DNA of 49,340 nt from Candidatus Kerfeldbacteria bacterium (GTDB lineage: Bacteria; Patescibacteriota; Patescibacteriia; SBBC01). Of this stretch, positions 1-7,156 are shown piece by piece; positions within the stretch are counted from its first letter, which is position 1, and the number at the start of each line of letters is the position of its first letter. The stretch covers positions 1 through 49,340 of the forward strand of contig JACQKH010000007.1 in the NCBI GenBank assembly GCA_016204585.1. The letters are read 5' to 3'. The notes beneath the pieces are model-generated. The model was given only the letters and a program-made list of their open reading frames with translations, did not search any database and was not told the origin of the DNA. A program made the translations under genes and the position numbers.

Positions 1-198
1 ACGAACGAATGGATTAACGATACCAACGGGAATAATAAAGAATATCTGTTTTTAATTCATAAAAACGGTAAAACGGAATCTATGCCTGAAATTAAAGTTG
101 AAAAAATTGATATTCGACATTTAGCACCAATGAATCAACAAAGATTAGTTTTTTCGTTTAGCAAAAAGTTTTCCACAGCCGCGAAAAAAATTCCCTAA
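1..198 (+). CDS. 3' end of an ORF entering from the left edge (65 codons + TAA); product unknown
   Basis: Frame +1 is open from nt 1 to TAA at 196-198 (...KEYLFLIHKNGKTESMPEIKVEKIDIRHLAPMNQQRLVFSFSKKFSTAAKKIP*). It is missing from the ORF track only because it has no start in the window. Strongly AT-rich (18 G+C in the first 60 nt), unlike the sequence from ~200 on. Confidence 0.4.
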   Translation, partial: TNEWINDTNGNNKEYLFLIHKNGKTESMPEIKVEKIDIRHLAPMNQQRLVFSFSKKFSTAAKKIP

Positions 199-203
199 TC
201 TTT

Positions 204-240
204 GTGAAGCGCTCCACGGCCTTACGGCCGTGGCTTCGGC
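204..240. repeat. GC-rich hairpin repeat, copy 1 of the GCTCCACGGCC...GGCCGTGG family
   Basis: gtgaagcGCTCCACGGCCttacGGCCGTGGcttcggc. 8-bp stem CCACGGCC/GGCCGTGG at 214-233. Related copies at 671-741 and 20959-21025. Confidence 0.6.
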
Positions 241-288
241 TCTTTCGGCTTTCGGTGCTGAATCGGGTTTGTGTTATCCTGGAAGTTA

Positions 289-669
289 ATGGAGCGAGAT
301 GAGTTCGAACAACTAGTGGCTGAAGGTCTGTCGCGGATACCGGATAAATTTCGGAAACTCTTGAAGAACGTGGCCGTCGTGATTGAGGACTTTCCCAGTA
401 CAGCGCAACTGCGGAAAACCGGCGTCCGCCGAGGATCGCTCCTGCTCGGGCTCTACGAAGGCGTTCCGCGGATCGCTCGATACGGTCATGACCCACTACT
501 GCCGGACAAGATTACGATTTTTCAGCGTTCGATCGAAATGGTTGCCCATAGTCCGGAAGCAATCCGCCAAGCGGTGGCGGAAAAGGTCTGGCACGAGGTC
601 GGGCACCATTTTGGTCTGTCTGAACACGCCGTTCGACAAGCGCAATCCCGGAAGTTCAAGCATCGCTGA
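289..669 (+). CDS. small zincin-like metallopeptidase family protein (DUF1025-type)
   Basis: HEVGHHFG zinc-binding motif near the C-terminus, with an overall layout typical of the ~130-aa 'possible zinc metallopeptidase' family. ATG at 289 preceded by GGAAG; the ORF-track start at 271 is GTG, so the start is uncertain. Confidence 0.7.
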   Translation: MERDEFEQLVAEGLSRIPDKFRKLLKNVAVVIEDFPSTAQLRKTGVRRGSLLLGLYEGVPRIARYGHDPLLPDKITIFQRSIEMVAHSPEAIRQAVAEKVWHEVGHHFGLSEHAVRQAQSRKFKHR

Positions 670-670
670 A

Positions 671-741
671 CCCAGCTCCACGGCTTTACCCAGCACCAAA
701 ATCATGGTGCTGGGTTAACCCGTGGCTTCCGTGGGGCTGGG
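671..741. repeat. nested GC-rich hairpin, copy 2 of the CTCCACGG family; possible terminator or processing structure
   Basis: Outer stem cccagctccacgg (671-683) pairs with ccgtggggctggg (729-741). Inner perfect 10-bp stem acccagcacc/ggtgctgggt (688-715). No T-run follows. Confidence 0.5.
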
Positions 742-995
742 TGAAGTTGCGGAATGTGTTGTCCCGCGATACACTTAAAGTCATGGCGGAGGCGGGAAAA
801 ACCTACAACAAAGACGATACGGTCGAGCAAGACGGCAACTACGTTTGCGTGCCCTGCGGGTACAACCGCTATTTTCGGAAGGGCGAGCAGTTCACCGAAT
901 GCATGTCTTGTTTATCCGGCACTAAGGACGGCCACGAGGAATTCGCCGCCGGTCTTGAACTCTGGGAAAAATCGCCTGACCAAAAACCGCAATAA
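741..995 (+). CDS. small zinc-ribbon protein, hypothetical
   Basis: 84-aa ORF with CxxC (CVPCG) and CxxC (CMSCL) pairs. GTG start at 741, alternative ATG at 783. No recognisable family. Confidence 0.45.
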   Translation: MKLRNVLSRDTLKVMAEAGKTYNKDDTVEQDGNYVCVPCGYNRYFRKGEQFTECMSCLSGTKDGHEEFAAGLELWEKSPDQKPQ

Positions 996-1004
996 GGAAT
1001 AACC

Positions 1005-1595
1005 GTGAACAAACGGGCGTTATTCATCATTCCTCTGGCGCTGATTCTGCTCGGTGCAGCCTGTACCAAGAAGGCTCAAACTTTACCAACTACCAACCTT
1101 AATTCAGCCATAAGCAACCCCGCTGGAGCGCTCACCATGCTCAATCAAAACGAACTCGCAAACAAGCAAATTCGCCTGAAAACGACCAAAGGCACGATTA
1201 TCTTCGAGCTTTTCGGCCAAGAAGCGCCAATCGCCGTTAGTAATTTCATCACGCTTGCCGCTAAAGGTTTCTACAACGGCCTGACTTTCCACCGCTACGA
1301 GCCGGGCTTCGTCATCCAGGGCGGCGACCCGCTCGGTAACGGCACCGGCGGGCCGGGCTACACGTTTCGAGACGAGCCCGTCAGCCGCGACTATACCAAG
1401 GGCACGGTGGCCATGGCCAATGCCGGACCGAATACCAACGGCAGCCAGTTTTTCATCATGCTCGATGATGCGCCGACCCTACCCAAGAACTACACCGTCT
1501 TCGGCCGCGTCACCGCCGGCATGGATATAGTGCAACAACTCCGACAGGACGATGTCATGCAAACTGTGGTCGTCGAAACGCTGGGGATGAAGTAA
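1005..1595 (+). CDS. cyclophilin-type peptidyl-prolyl cis-trans isomerase, probable lipoprotein
   Basis: Cyclophilin motifs FHRYEPGFVIQGGDP and MANAGPNTNGSQFFI. N-terminal signal with lipobox-like LLGAAC. GTG start with AAGGA 8 nt upstream. Confidence 0.9.
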   Translation: MNKRALFIIPLALILLGAACTKKAQTLPTTNLNSAISNPAGALTMLNQNELANKQIRLKTTKGTIIFELFGQEAPIAVSNFITLAAKGFYNGLTFHRYEPGFVIQGGDPLGNGTGGPGYTFRDEPVSRDYTKGTVAMANAGPNTNGSQFFIMLDDAPTLPKNYTVFGRVTAGMDIVQQLRQDDVMQTVVVETLGMK

Positions 1596-1599
1596 CACG

Positions 1600-2304
1600 A
1601 TGCCTGGCCACGCCGTACACCTCGAACACCGCCAGCGGGGATTCAAGCTGGCTGAGGTCATCCTCGGCGGGCAGGACGGTCTGGTCAATGTACTTGGCGT
1701 GATTCTGGGAGTAGCCGCCGCCTCGAATAGCCGTAGTCTAGTGATTGCGGCCGGAATGGCAGCGACCTTTGCTGAATCCATCTCCATGGCCGCCGTGGCC
1801 TACACCTCGTCCGTGGCCGAGGCCGACCACTACCGCGCCGAGCGTAACCGTGAGCGCCAGGAAATCGAGCGCCTACCTGAGTTGGAGCGTGAGGAAATTG
1901 CCGCTATCTATCGACGCAAGGGCTTTCGCGGAGCCTTCCTGGAAAAAATCGTTGACACCATCACCGAGAATAAGGCGATTTGGCTAAAAACCATGATGGA
2001 GGAAGAACTCAAGCTCGAGCCGACCAGCCGCCGGGACTCGCTCAAGTCCAGCGTGATCGTCGGAGTGTCCGCGCTGGCCGGCTCCTTCATTCCGCTCATT
2101 CCCTTCTTCCTCTTCGGCGCCTCAACTGGTATCGTGCCATCGCTGGCGCTGTCCGCCCTGACGCTATTCTTGATCGGCGTGTACAAGGCTAAACACACTA
2201 TTGGCCGTCCGATCAGAACGGGAATGGAAATGCTGGTCATCGGCATGCTCTCGGCCCTTGCGGGTTACCTCATCGGTCTGTTGTTCAGCAGTCGCCGGCA
2301 GTGA
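1600..2304 (+). CDS. VIT1/CCC1-family iron/manganese transporter
   Basis: N-terminal GGQDGLVNVLGVILGVAAAS, a central acidic helical metal-binding region (ERNRERQEIERLPELEREE), and C-terminal TM helices. Confidence 0.85.
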   Translation: MPGHAVHLEHRQRGFKLAEVILGGQDGLVNVLGVILGVAAASNSRSLVIAAGMAATFAESISMAAVAYTSSVAEADHYRAERNRERQEIERLPELEREEIAAIYRRKGFRGAFLEKIVDTITENKAIWLKTMMEEELKLEPTSRRDSLKSSVIVGVSALAGSFIPLIPFFLFGASTGIVPSLALSALTLFLIGVYKAKHTIGRPIRTGMEMLVIGMLSALAGYLIGLLFSSRRQ

Positions 2305-2319
2305 TATAATCAAGGTGTT

Positions 2320-2619
2320 ATGGAAAACGTCGAATTTAATCTGCGCGAAGTGTTTCGCGAAATCATCAACCGGATGGAGACCGAAGGCGCCTTCGATCGC
2401 GACGCCTATAATAACTTCATTGACGAAATCTTAGAGGAAAAAATAGCCAGCGGTGAACTCGATCCTGACGCCAACACTAAAAATTACACCGAGTCGCTAC
2501 AGCTGATGTGGCCGCAAGCCGAAGCGCTCATCACGAAGAGCGACGAGGAAACCGGCTCAACCAAAATAACTGATGAACGGGAGCAAGATTCCCCGAAACC
2601 GAGCGCCGATAGATTCTAG
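2320..2619 (+). CDS. hypothetical acidic protein (99 aa)
   Basis: ATG with AAGG upstream. Stop abuts the next start (TAGATG at 2617-2622). No family recognised. Confidence 0.45.
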   Translation: MENVEFNLREVFREIINRMETEGAFDRDAYNNFIDEILEEKIASGELDPDANTKNYTESLQLMWPQAEALITKSDEETGSTKITDEREQDSPKPSADRF

Positions 2620-2934
2620 ATGATAAAACCACGCGGCGACTGGCCACGCGAACTCTCCTCCGTCGAGCATCAGAAAATTCGTCAAGCACTCGAGCACTAT
2701 CGGACGACGCGCAGCCCGCAAGAACACGTTACTCTCGACAGCGAGTTCGAGAACGCGGTGGCAACTCTCGAAGTTGAGGAGGGTTCACTAACCACCGATC
2801 ATCAAGAAGCTGTGCGCCAAGCGGTCCGACACTACCTCGAGAACGACTGGCAGACCGGCAAAAACGGAAACCTGCCCAGGCATCAGACCGGCCATTTTCA
2901 CTTGACGATCATTCCAATATATCACAGGATGTAA
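2620..2934 (+). CDS. hypothetical protein (104 aa)
   Basis: Abuts the upstream ORF. No family recognised. Confidence 0.4.
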   Translation: MIKPRGDWPRELSSVEHQKIRQALEHYRTTRSPQEHVTLDSEFENAVATLEVEEGSLTTDHQEAVRQAVRHYLENDWQTGKNGNLPRHQTGHFHLTIIPIYHRM

Positions 2935-2976
2935 ACGCCCACTGAATCCCCGAACTTCAGATGTGGAGAACCGCTC

Positions 2977-3222
2977 ATGAAACCGATCAAGAGGTTTCTC
3001 GCCTGTACGCTCTTCTTCATTCTGCTCCTCGTCGCGCCGTGGCCGCAGATCACTCCGGCCATTTGCTCTTTCATGGAACGGGCTCTGCCGCTGGTCGGAA
3101 TCATGATGTTCTTGGCGATCCCGCTGATCTACGTTTCCTCGGCCGTCACTGGCTGGCGAGAACAGAACCAACGGTGCCGCGGTCATGCCGCTGCACTAAC
3201 TACCGCCCCCGCGCTCGACTAG
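2977..3222 (+). CDS. hypothetical small membrane protein (81 aa, 2 TM)
   Basis: Two hydrophobic helices (FLACTLFFILLLVAPW, LVGIMMFLAIPLIYVSSAV). A competing overlapping ORF at 2961-3227 is less protein-like. Confidence 0.35.
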   Translation: MKPIKRFLACTLFFILLLVAPWPQITPAICSFMERALPLVGIMMFLAIPLIYVSSAVTGWREQNQRCRGHAAALTTAPALD

Positions 3223-3252
3223 AGTAGCGGGGGCTTCACGTTAACTGATACA

Positions 3253-3281
3253 TTGACACCGGCGACAATCGGGCGTATAGT
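3253..3281 (+). promoter_or_regulatory. sigma70-type promoter of typA
   Basis: TTGACA (3253-3258), 17-nt spacer, TATAGT (3276-3281), 46 nt upstream of ATG 3328. Confidence 0.6.
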
Positions 3282-3327
3282 AGAGGCCAATCCGCGCCAT
3301 CCAAGGCGCATTTTTTCAATCACCAAC

Positions 3328-5145
3328 ATGGAACGTCGCAAGGACATTCGTAACATCGCGATTATTGCCCACGTTGACCACGGCAAGACCACGCTCGTAG
3401 ACGCAATGCTCAAGCAGACCCAGGCCGCGCGCAACCTCGATCAGATGGGCGAGCGTATTCTTGACTCGATGGACTTGGAACGGGAGCGGGGCATTACCAT
3501 CAAGGCCAAGAATGCCAGCATTACGTACCAAGGTGTCAAAATCAACATCGTGGACACTCCGGGGCATGCCGACTTCGGCGGCGAAGTCGAGCGGACGCTG
3601 CGGATGGCTGACGGCGTGCTGCTGCTCGTCGACGCCAAGGAAGGGCCGATGCCGCAGACGAAGTTCGTGCTGCGGAAAGCGCTGGAGCTCGGGTTGAACG
3701 CCATCGTCGTGATCAACAAAATCGACCGCCCGGACGCCGACCCGGACGCGGCCGTCAACAAGACCTTTGACCTGTTCTCCCACCTGAACGCGACTCACGA
3801 ACAGCTCGACTTCCCGATTGTCTTCACCTCGGCCACCGCCGGAACGGCCACGCTCGATACGGCCCAGCCGGGAGTTGACCTGACGCCGCTGTTCAAGGTC
3901 ATTCTGGAAAAAATTCCGGCGCCGGAAGTCAAGACGAATGATTCTTTGCAGCTGCTGGTCCTCGCCCTCGCGAACGATTCCTATAAAGGGAAGATGGGCA
4001 TCGGTAAGATCTCGGCCGGAAAAATTTCAAAAGGCCAAACCGTGGCCGAGGTTAAAGTCGATGGTCGCATTGTCAAGGGAAAAGTCACGGACATCATGAT
4101 CTATCAAGGCCTGAAACAGAGCGCGGTCGAATCAGCCGAAGCCGGAGAGATCGTGTCAGTGGCCGGACTGCCGGAGATTGCCATCGGCGAGACGATTGCC
4201 GACGCCGAGCATCCGGTTGCTCTGCCAGCGGTAGAAGTCGATCAGCCGACGGTGCAGATGACATTCGGCGTCAACACCTCGCCGTTTGCCGGCCAGGAGG
4301 GCACGCTCGTAACCTCGCGACAAATCCGCGAACGGTTGATGAAAGAACTCGAAACCAACGTTGCGCTGCACGTCGAGCCGTCCGGCAACGACAACACCTT
4401 TCTCGTTTCCGGCCGAGGCGAACTGCACCTGGCCATCTTGATCGAGCAGATGCGGCGCGAGAGCTTTGAGCTCCAAGTTTCTCAGCCGCAGGTTATCTTG
4501 CACGAGCAGGACGGCCAGAAGCTTGAGCCGTACGAAGTCGTGACGATTGACGTTCCGGCCGAACACCAAGGCGTCGTGATCGAAGCCTGCGGCCAACGTA
4601 AAGGCACGCTGCTAACCATGGATACAACCGCCCAGGGCGAACAGCACCTTGAGTTTGACATGCCCACGCGCGGCGTCATCGGTTTGAAGTCGGCGCTCAT
4701 GACCAAAACGCGCGGCACCGCGATCATCCATCACCTGTTTAACAAGTACGAACCGTATCAGGCCGAGCTGTTGAACGCTAATGCGCACGGTTCGCTGATC
4801 GCGTTCGAAGCCGGAACCAGCACCGGTTACGCGCTCGACAACGCGCAGCAACGCGGCGCGCTGTTCATCAAGCCCGGCACAAAAGTCTACCCTGGCATGG
4901 TGGTCGGTCAGTGTTCGCGCAATGAGGACATCGAAATCAACGTGAACAAGGAAAAAAAGCTCTCCAACATGCGTTCGAAGGCATCGGACGAAGCCATTAT
5001 CCTCGCGCCGCCGCGCGACATGACGCTTGAGCTGGCGCTCGAGTACATCGGTCCGGACGAGCTCGTCGAGGTGACACCGAAATCGATCCGCATCAGAAAA
5101 CGCATCCTCGACGCACTCGAACGGAAGAGGGCAAATAAAGCATAA
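3328..5145 (+). CDS. typA: translational GTPase TypA/BipA
   Basis: [33 protein letters not shown] and NKIDR G-motifs, full-length EF-G-like domains and a BipA-specific C-terminus. The start is set at ATG 3328 (MERRKDIRN) because the ORF-track start at 3253 lies inside the promoter. Confidence 0.95.
   Translation: MERRKDIRNIAIIAHVDHGKTTLVDAMLKQTQAARNLDQMGERILDSMDLERERGITIKAKNASITYQGVKINIVDTPGHADFGGEVERTLRMADGVLLLVDAKEGPMPQTKFVLRKALELGLNAIVVINKIDRPDADPDAAVNKTFDLFSHLNATHEQLDFPIVFTSATAGTATLDTAQPGVDLTPLFKVILEKIPAPEVKTNDSLQLLVLALANDSYKGKMGIGKISAGKISKGQTVAEVKVDGRIVKGKVTDIMIYQGLKQSAVESAEAGEIVSVAGLPEIAIGETIADAEHPVALPAVEVDQPTVQMTFGVNTSPFAGQEGTLVTSRQIRERLMKELETNVALHVEPSGNDNTFLVSGRGELHLAILIEQMRRESFELQVSQPQVILHEQDGQKLEPYEVVTIDVPAEHQGVVIEACGQRKGTLLTMDTTAQGEQHLEFDMPTRGVIGLKSALMTKTRGTAIIHHLFNKYEPYQAELLNANAHGSLIAFEAGTSTGYALDNAQQRGALFIKPGTKVYPGMVVGQCSRNEDIEINVNKEKKLSNMRSKASDEAIILAPPRDMTLELALEYIGPDELVEVTPKSIRIRKRILDALERKRANKA
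5098..5127 (+). repeat. direct repeat, left copy (last codons of typA)
   Basis: aaacgcatcctcgacgcactcgaacggaag is identical to 5954-5983. Confidence 0.9.
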
Positions 5146-5210
5146 CAAGCAGCCCCTGAAACAAAGTCCAGGGGCCTCGGTCAGGGAACGGCATGCTAAC
5201 CGGCCAAAGG

Positions 5211-5888
5211 TCAAAAGAAGTAGGAGAGCGTGAGCGCACAAAGAATCGGAATCGTCAGGTTGTCATCGATTTTGCCGGAAAACGTTTCGCCTACCGCGGT
5301 GACAGCCGAGACGGCGACGATTCCCACCGCATTGATCGGCACGCCAAGCTGCCGAAAGAAGACGGCGTAAGCTGCCACACTGACCAGCATACAGACGGCC
5401 GCGCCAGCCAACGTCTTTCGTCGACCGCGGAATCGAGGTGAACAAATTAGGCGTCCACCGATTTCAGCAGCTGGGTCACCAAAAGTCCAGCCAACCAGAC
5501 AACCTGACACGACCAAAGGGTCCTTGAACTGGGTGGTAACTACCAACATCGCCAGGCACATCCATAGATTGCCGCTCGGCTGGTGTCGTTCTTGGCGTCG
5601 AGCTAAACCGACTTTGACGAGCTGGGGATGGACACGACGGTCACGAAGCCGCCAACCCTCGAAGATCAAGCAGACCAGCAAGCAAACAACCGCCAATTCA
5701 ATCCGCTGCGGTTGAGTGAGATGAATTGCTAGCCACATGCAGACCAGTCCGTTGCCTACATGGTATGCTTTTCGAATCCACAGAATTCGTCTGAGCGCCC
5801 CACTTTGAATCCGGAGACGCTCGCTTCGTACCGCTTCCTTCAGAAGCGTCATGTTCGCCCCCGGATAGTAGGTTGACGGTGAATTCAA
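5211..5888 (-). CDS. SEC59/DGK1/VTE5-like (dolichol/phytol-kinase, CTP-transferase-1 superfamily) integral membrane protein
   Basis: Multi-TM protein with GWTFGDPAAEIGGR...RKTLAGAAV...TAVGETFSGKIDDNLTIP. Clear paralog of 38284-38919. Confidence 0.6.
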   Translation of the reverse strand: MNSPSTYYPGANMTLLKEAVRSERLRIQSGALRRILWIRKAYHVGNGLVCMWLAIHLTQPQRIELAVVCLLVCLIFEGWRLRDRRVHPQLVKVGLARRQERHQPSGNLWMCLAMLVVTTQFKDPLVVSGCLVGWTFGDPAAEIGGRLICSPRFRGRRKTLAGAAVCMLVSVAAYAVFFRQLGVPINAVGIVAVSAVTAVGETFSGKIDDNLTIPILCALTLSYFF

Positions 5889-5953
5889 CGAGCGGATAAA
5901 CTTCGGTAGTACTCTATCAAGTATCCGATGTGCTGTCTATGTGGTACTTCCAC

Positions 5954-6013
5954 AAACGCATCCTCGACGCACTCGAACGGAAGCGTGAAAAAAAGTCGGC
6001 TGAGACTGCGTAG
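5954..6013 (+). pseudogene. displaced alternative 3' end of typA ([19 protein letters not shown])
   Basis: 30 nt identical to typA 5098-5127. It then continues in frame with a similar basic tail (KR-EKKSAETA versus KR-ANKA) to TAG at 6011-6013. No upstream ORF is attached. Confidence 0.65.
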
Positions 6014-6672
6014 AAAGTAAAGGAGCTCGGCGATGGGTGTCGTCGAGCTCGCAGACGGTGCAATTTAGGGATCCCTTGTTACAGAGGCCGGACTCTGTTG
6101 AGGCGCTCCACGCGCCAGGGGATCCAGAGGATTCCTCGACGCCGTTGACGCGCGTCGCGCCTCGCATGGGCTAGCGAGAATAATGTGCTGGCCAGAGGCC
6201 ACTTCGTGAGACTACTTCCGGCTTCGTCTCACTCGGGAGGATGGTGCCCCACACAGCCCTTCGGATCGCGCCCCAGACAAGCAGCGTCGCACTTCCTTTT
6301 CGCCAGGACCGCATCCCAGCTAGGCCACCATCATGGCCAGGGAGGAGGCTAATTTTTCCCGATAGCCTCAAACGGACAAGTAACCGCGCCGCTGGACAAG
6401 TGCCTTTTGAACCCCAGGAGGCGGCGGTGAAACGGAGTCTCCCTGGTTGTTACGGCAGTCTCGGCCAGAGATGCGGTCTCTCGGCCTTCAAGAAGCTCTT
6501 CGGAGTGGAGTCCCGAAGATACTCCAAGGCTGCCTGGTTCGATTAATAGTGTAACGAAAGCCTTTTCAGGCTGAGGAAGGCTAGCATAGGTAAAATTGTT
6601 TGTCAAGACCATTGTAGCAATAGTCATCATTTTTCTTGAAAAAATAACAGGAATCTGCAATACTGTTATTCC

Positions 6673-6978
6673 ATGGACGACCAGCAAACAAACCCGACGA
6701 CTCCGCCGCTGGAAACGCCGCCCACATCCGAGCAACCAAAAAAAGCCGTTCAAAAAATCGGCAAAATAGTGGTTGACCGCGAGCTGTGCATCGGCGCGGC
6801 GAGTTGCCTGGCCTTAGCAGCCAACACCTTTGAACTAGATGAAGAAAACAAAGCAATCGTGAAAAATCCAAAAGGCGACTCTGACGAAGACATCCATGCG
6901 GCCGCGGTGTCCTGTCCAACCAATGCGATTTTCTTGTACGACGAGAAAGGGAACCAAATTTACCCCGCACCACAATAG
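6673..6978 (+). CDS. small ferredoxin (single Fe-S cluster type) with a Pro/Thr-rich N-terminal extension
   Basis: VDRELCIGAASC...VSCPTNAI cysteine pattern typical of ~7-kDa 3Fe-4S/4Fe-4S ferredoxins. Confidence 0.7.
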   Translation: MDDQQTNPTTPPLETPPTSEQPKKAVQKIGKIVVDRELCIGAASCLALAANTFELDEENKAIVKNPKGDSDEDIHAAAVSCPTNAIFLYDEKGNQIYPAPQ

Positions 6979-7086
6979 AAAATTGGCCTAAATTAATAAA
7001 AGAGTTTAAGTTTTTTTTGGTGATCCGAATTCACCTTCAGAGGTTTTCCTATTGTGGTGCGGGGTTAATCCACCGAAACAATGGCA

Positions 7087-7118
7087 CAGCGCGGGTTATA
7101 ACCCGCGCTGTATTTTTT
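7087..7118 (+). terminator. rho-independent terminator after the ferredoxin gene
   Basis: 9-bp stem cagcgcggg/cccgcgctg with a ttataa loop, followed by TATTTTTT. Confidence 0.7.
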
Positions 7119-7156
7119 AAGGTAAGGTAGGTAGTGATACCAGCCTTAACCGATTC

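Noticed and set aside
3253-3327. ORF-track N-terminal extension of typA (start at 3253)
   Set aside because: The extension begins inside the TTGACA -35 hexamer of the mapped promoter. Its 25 residues have no counterpart in TypA/BipA; the conserved N-terminus starts at MERRKDIRN (ATG 3328).
4612-5241. Long antisense or out-of-frame ORFs inside GC-rich genes (e.g. 4612-5241, 7958-8641, 12132-12620, 25611-26246, 31135-31854, 34109-34807, 36754-37365, 47721-48179)
   Set aside because: They lie wholly within, or opposite, ORFs with clear homology or repeat structure. Their Arg/Gly/Pro/Ala-rich low-complexity translations are typical of shadow ORFs in GC-rich DNA.
6241-6546. 101-aa ORF (and neighbours 5937-6167, 6171-6371, 6349-6753) in the typA-ferredoxin spacer
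   Set aside because: Non-protein-like composition, no RBS, and mutual overlap on both strands. The region is better described as non-coding and structured.
5984-6672. Possible RNase P RNA, tmRNA, SRP RNA or cobalamin riboswitch
   Set aside because: The universal signatures were not found on either strand: GGAAAGUCC plus ACAGAA..GGCUUA; a tRNA-like GGUUCGAnUCC...CCA end with an Ala-Ala tag ORF; GGAAG/AGCA SRP loops; the B12 box. Only vague partial matches appeared (e.g. AGAGUCCGGCC, GGUGAAACGGAG).
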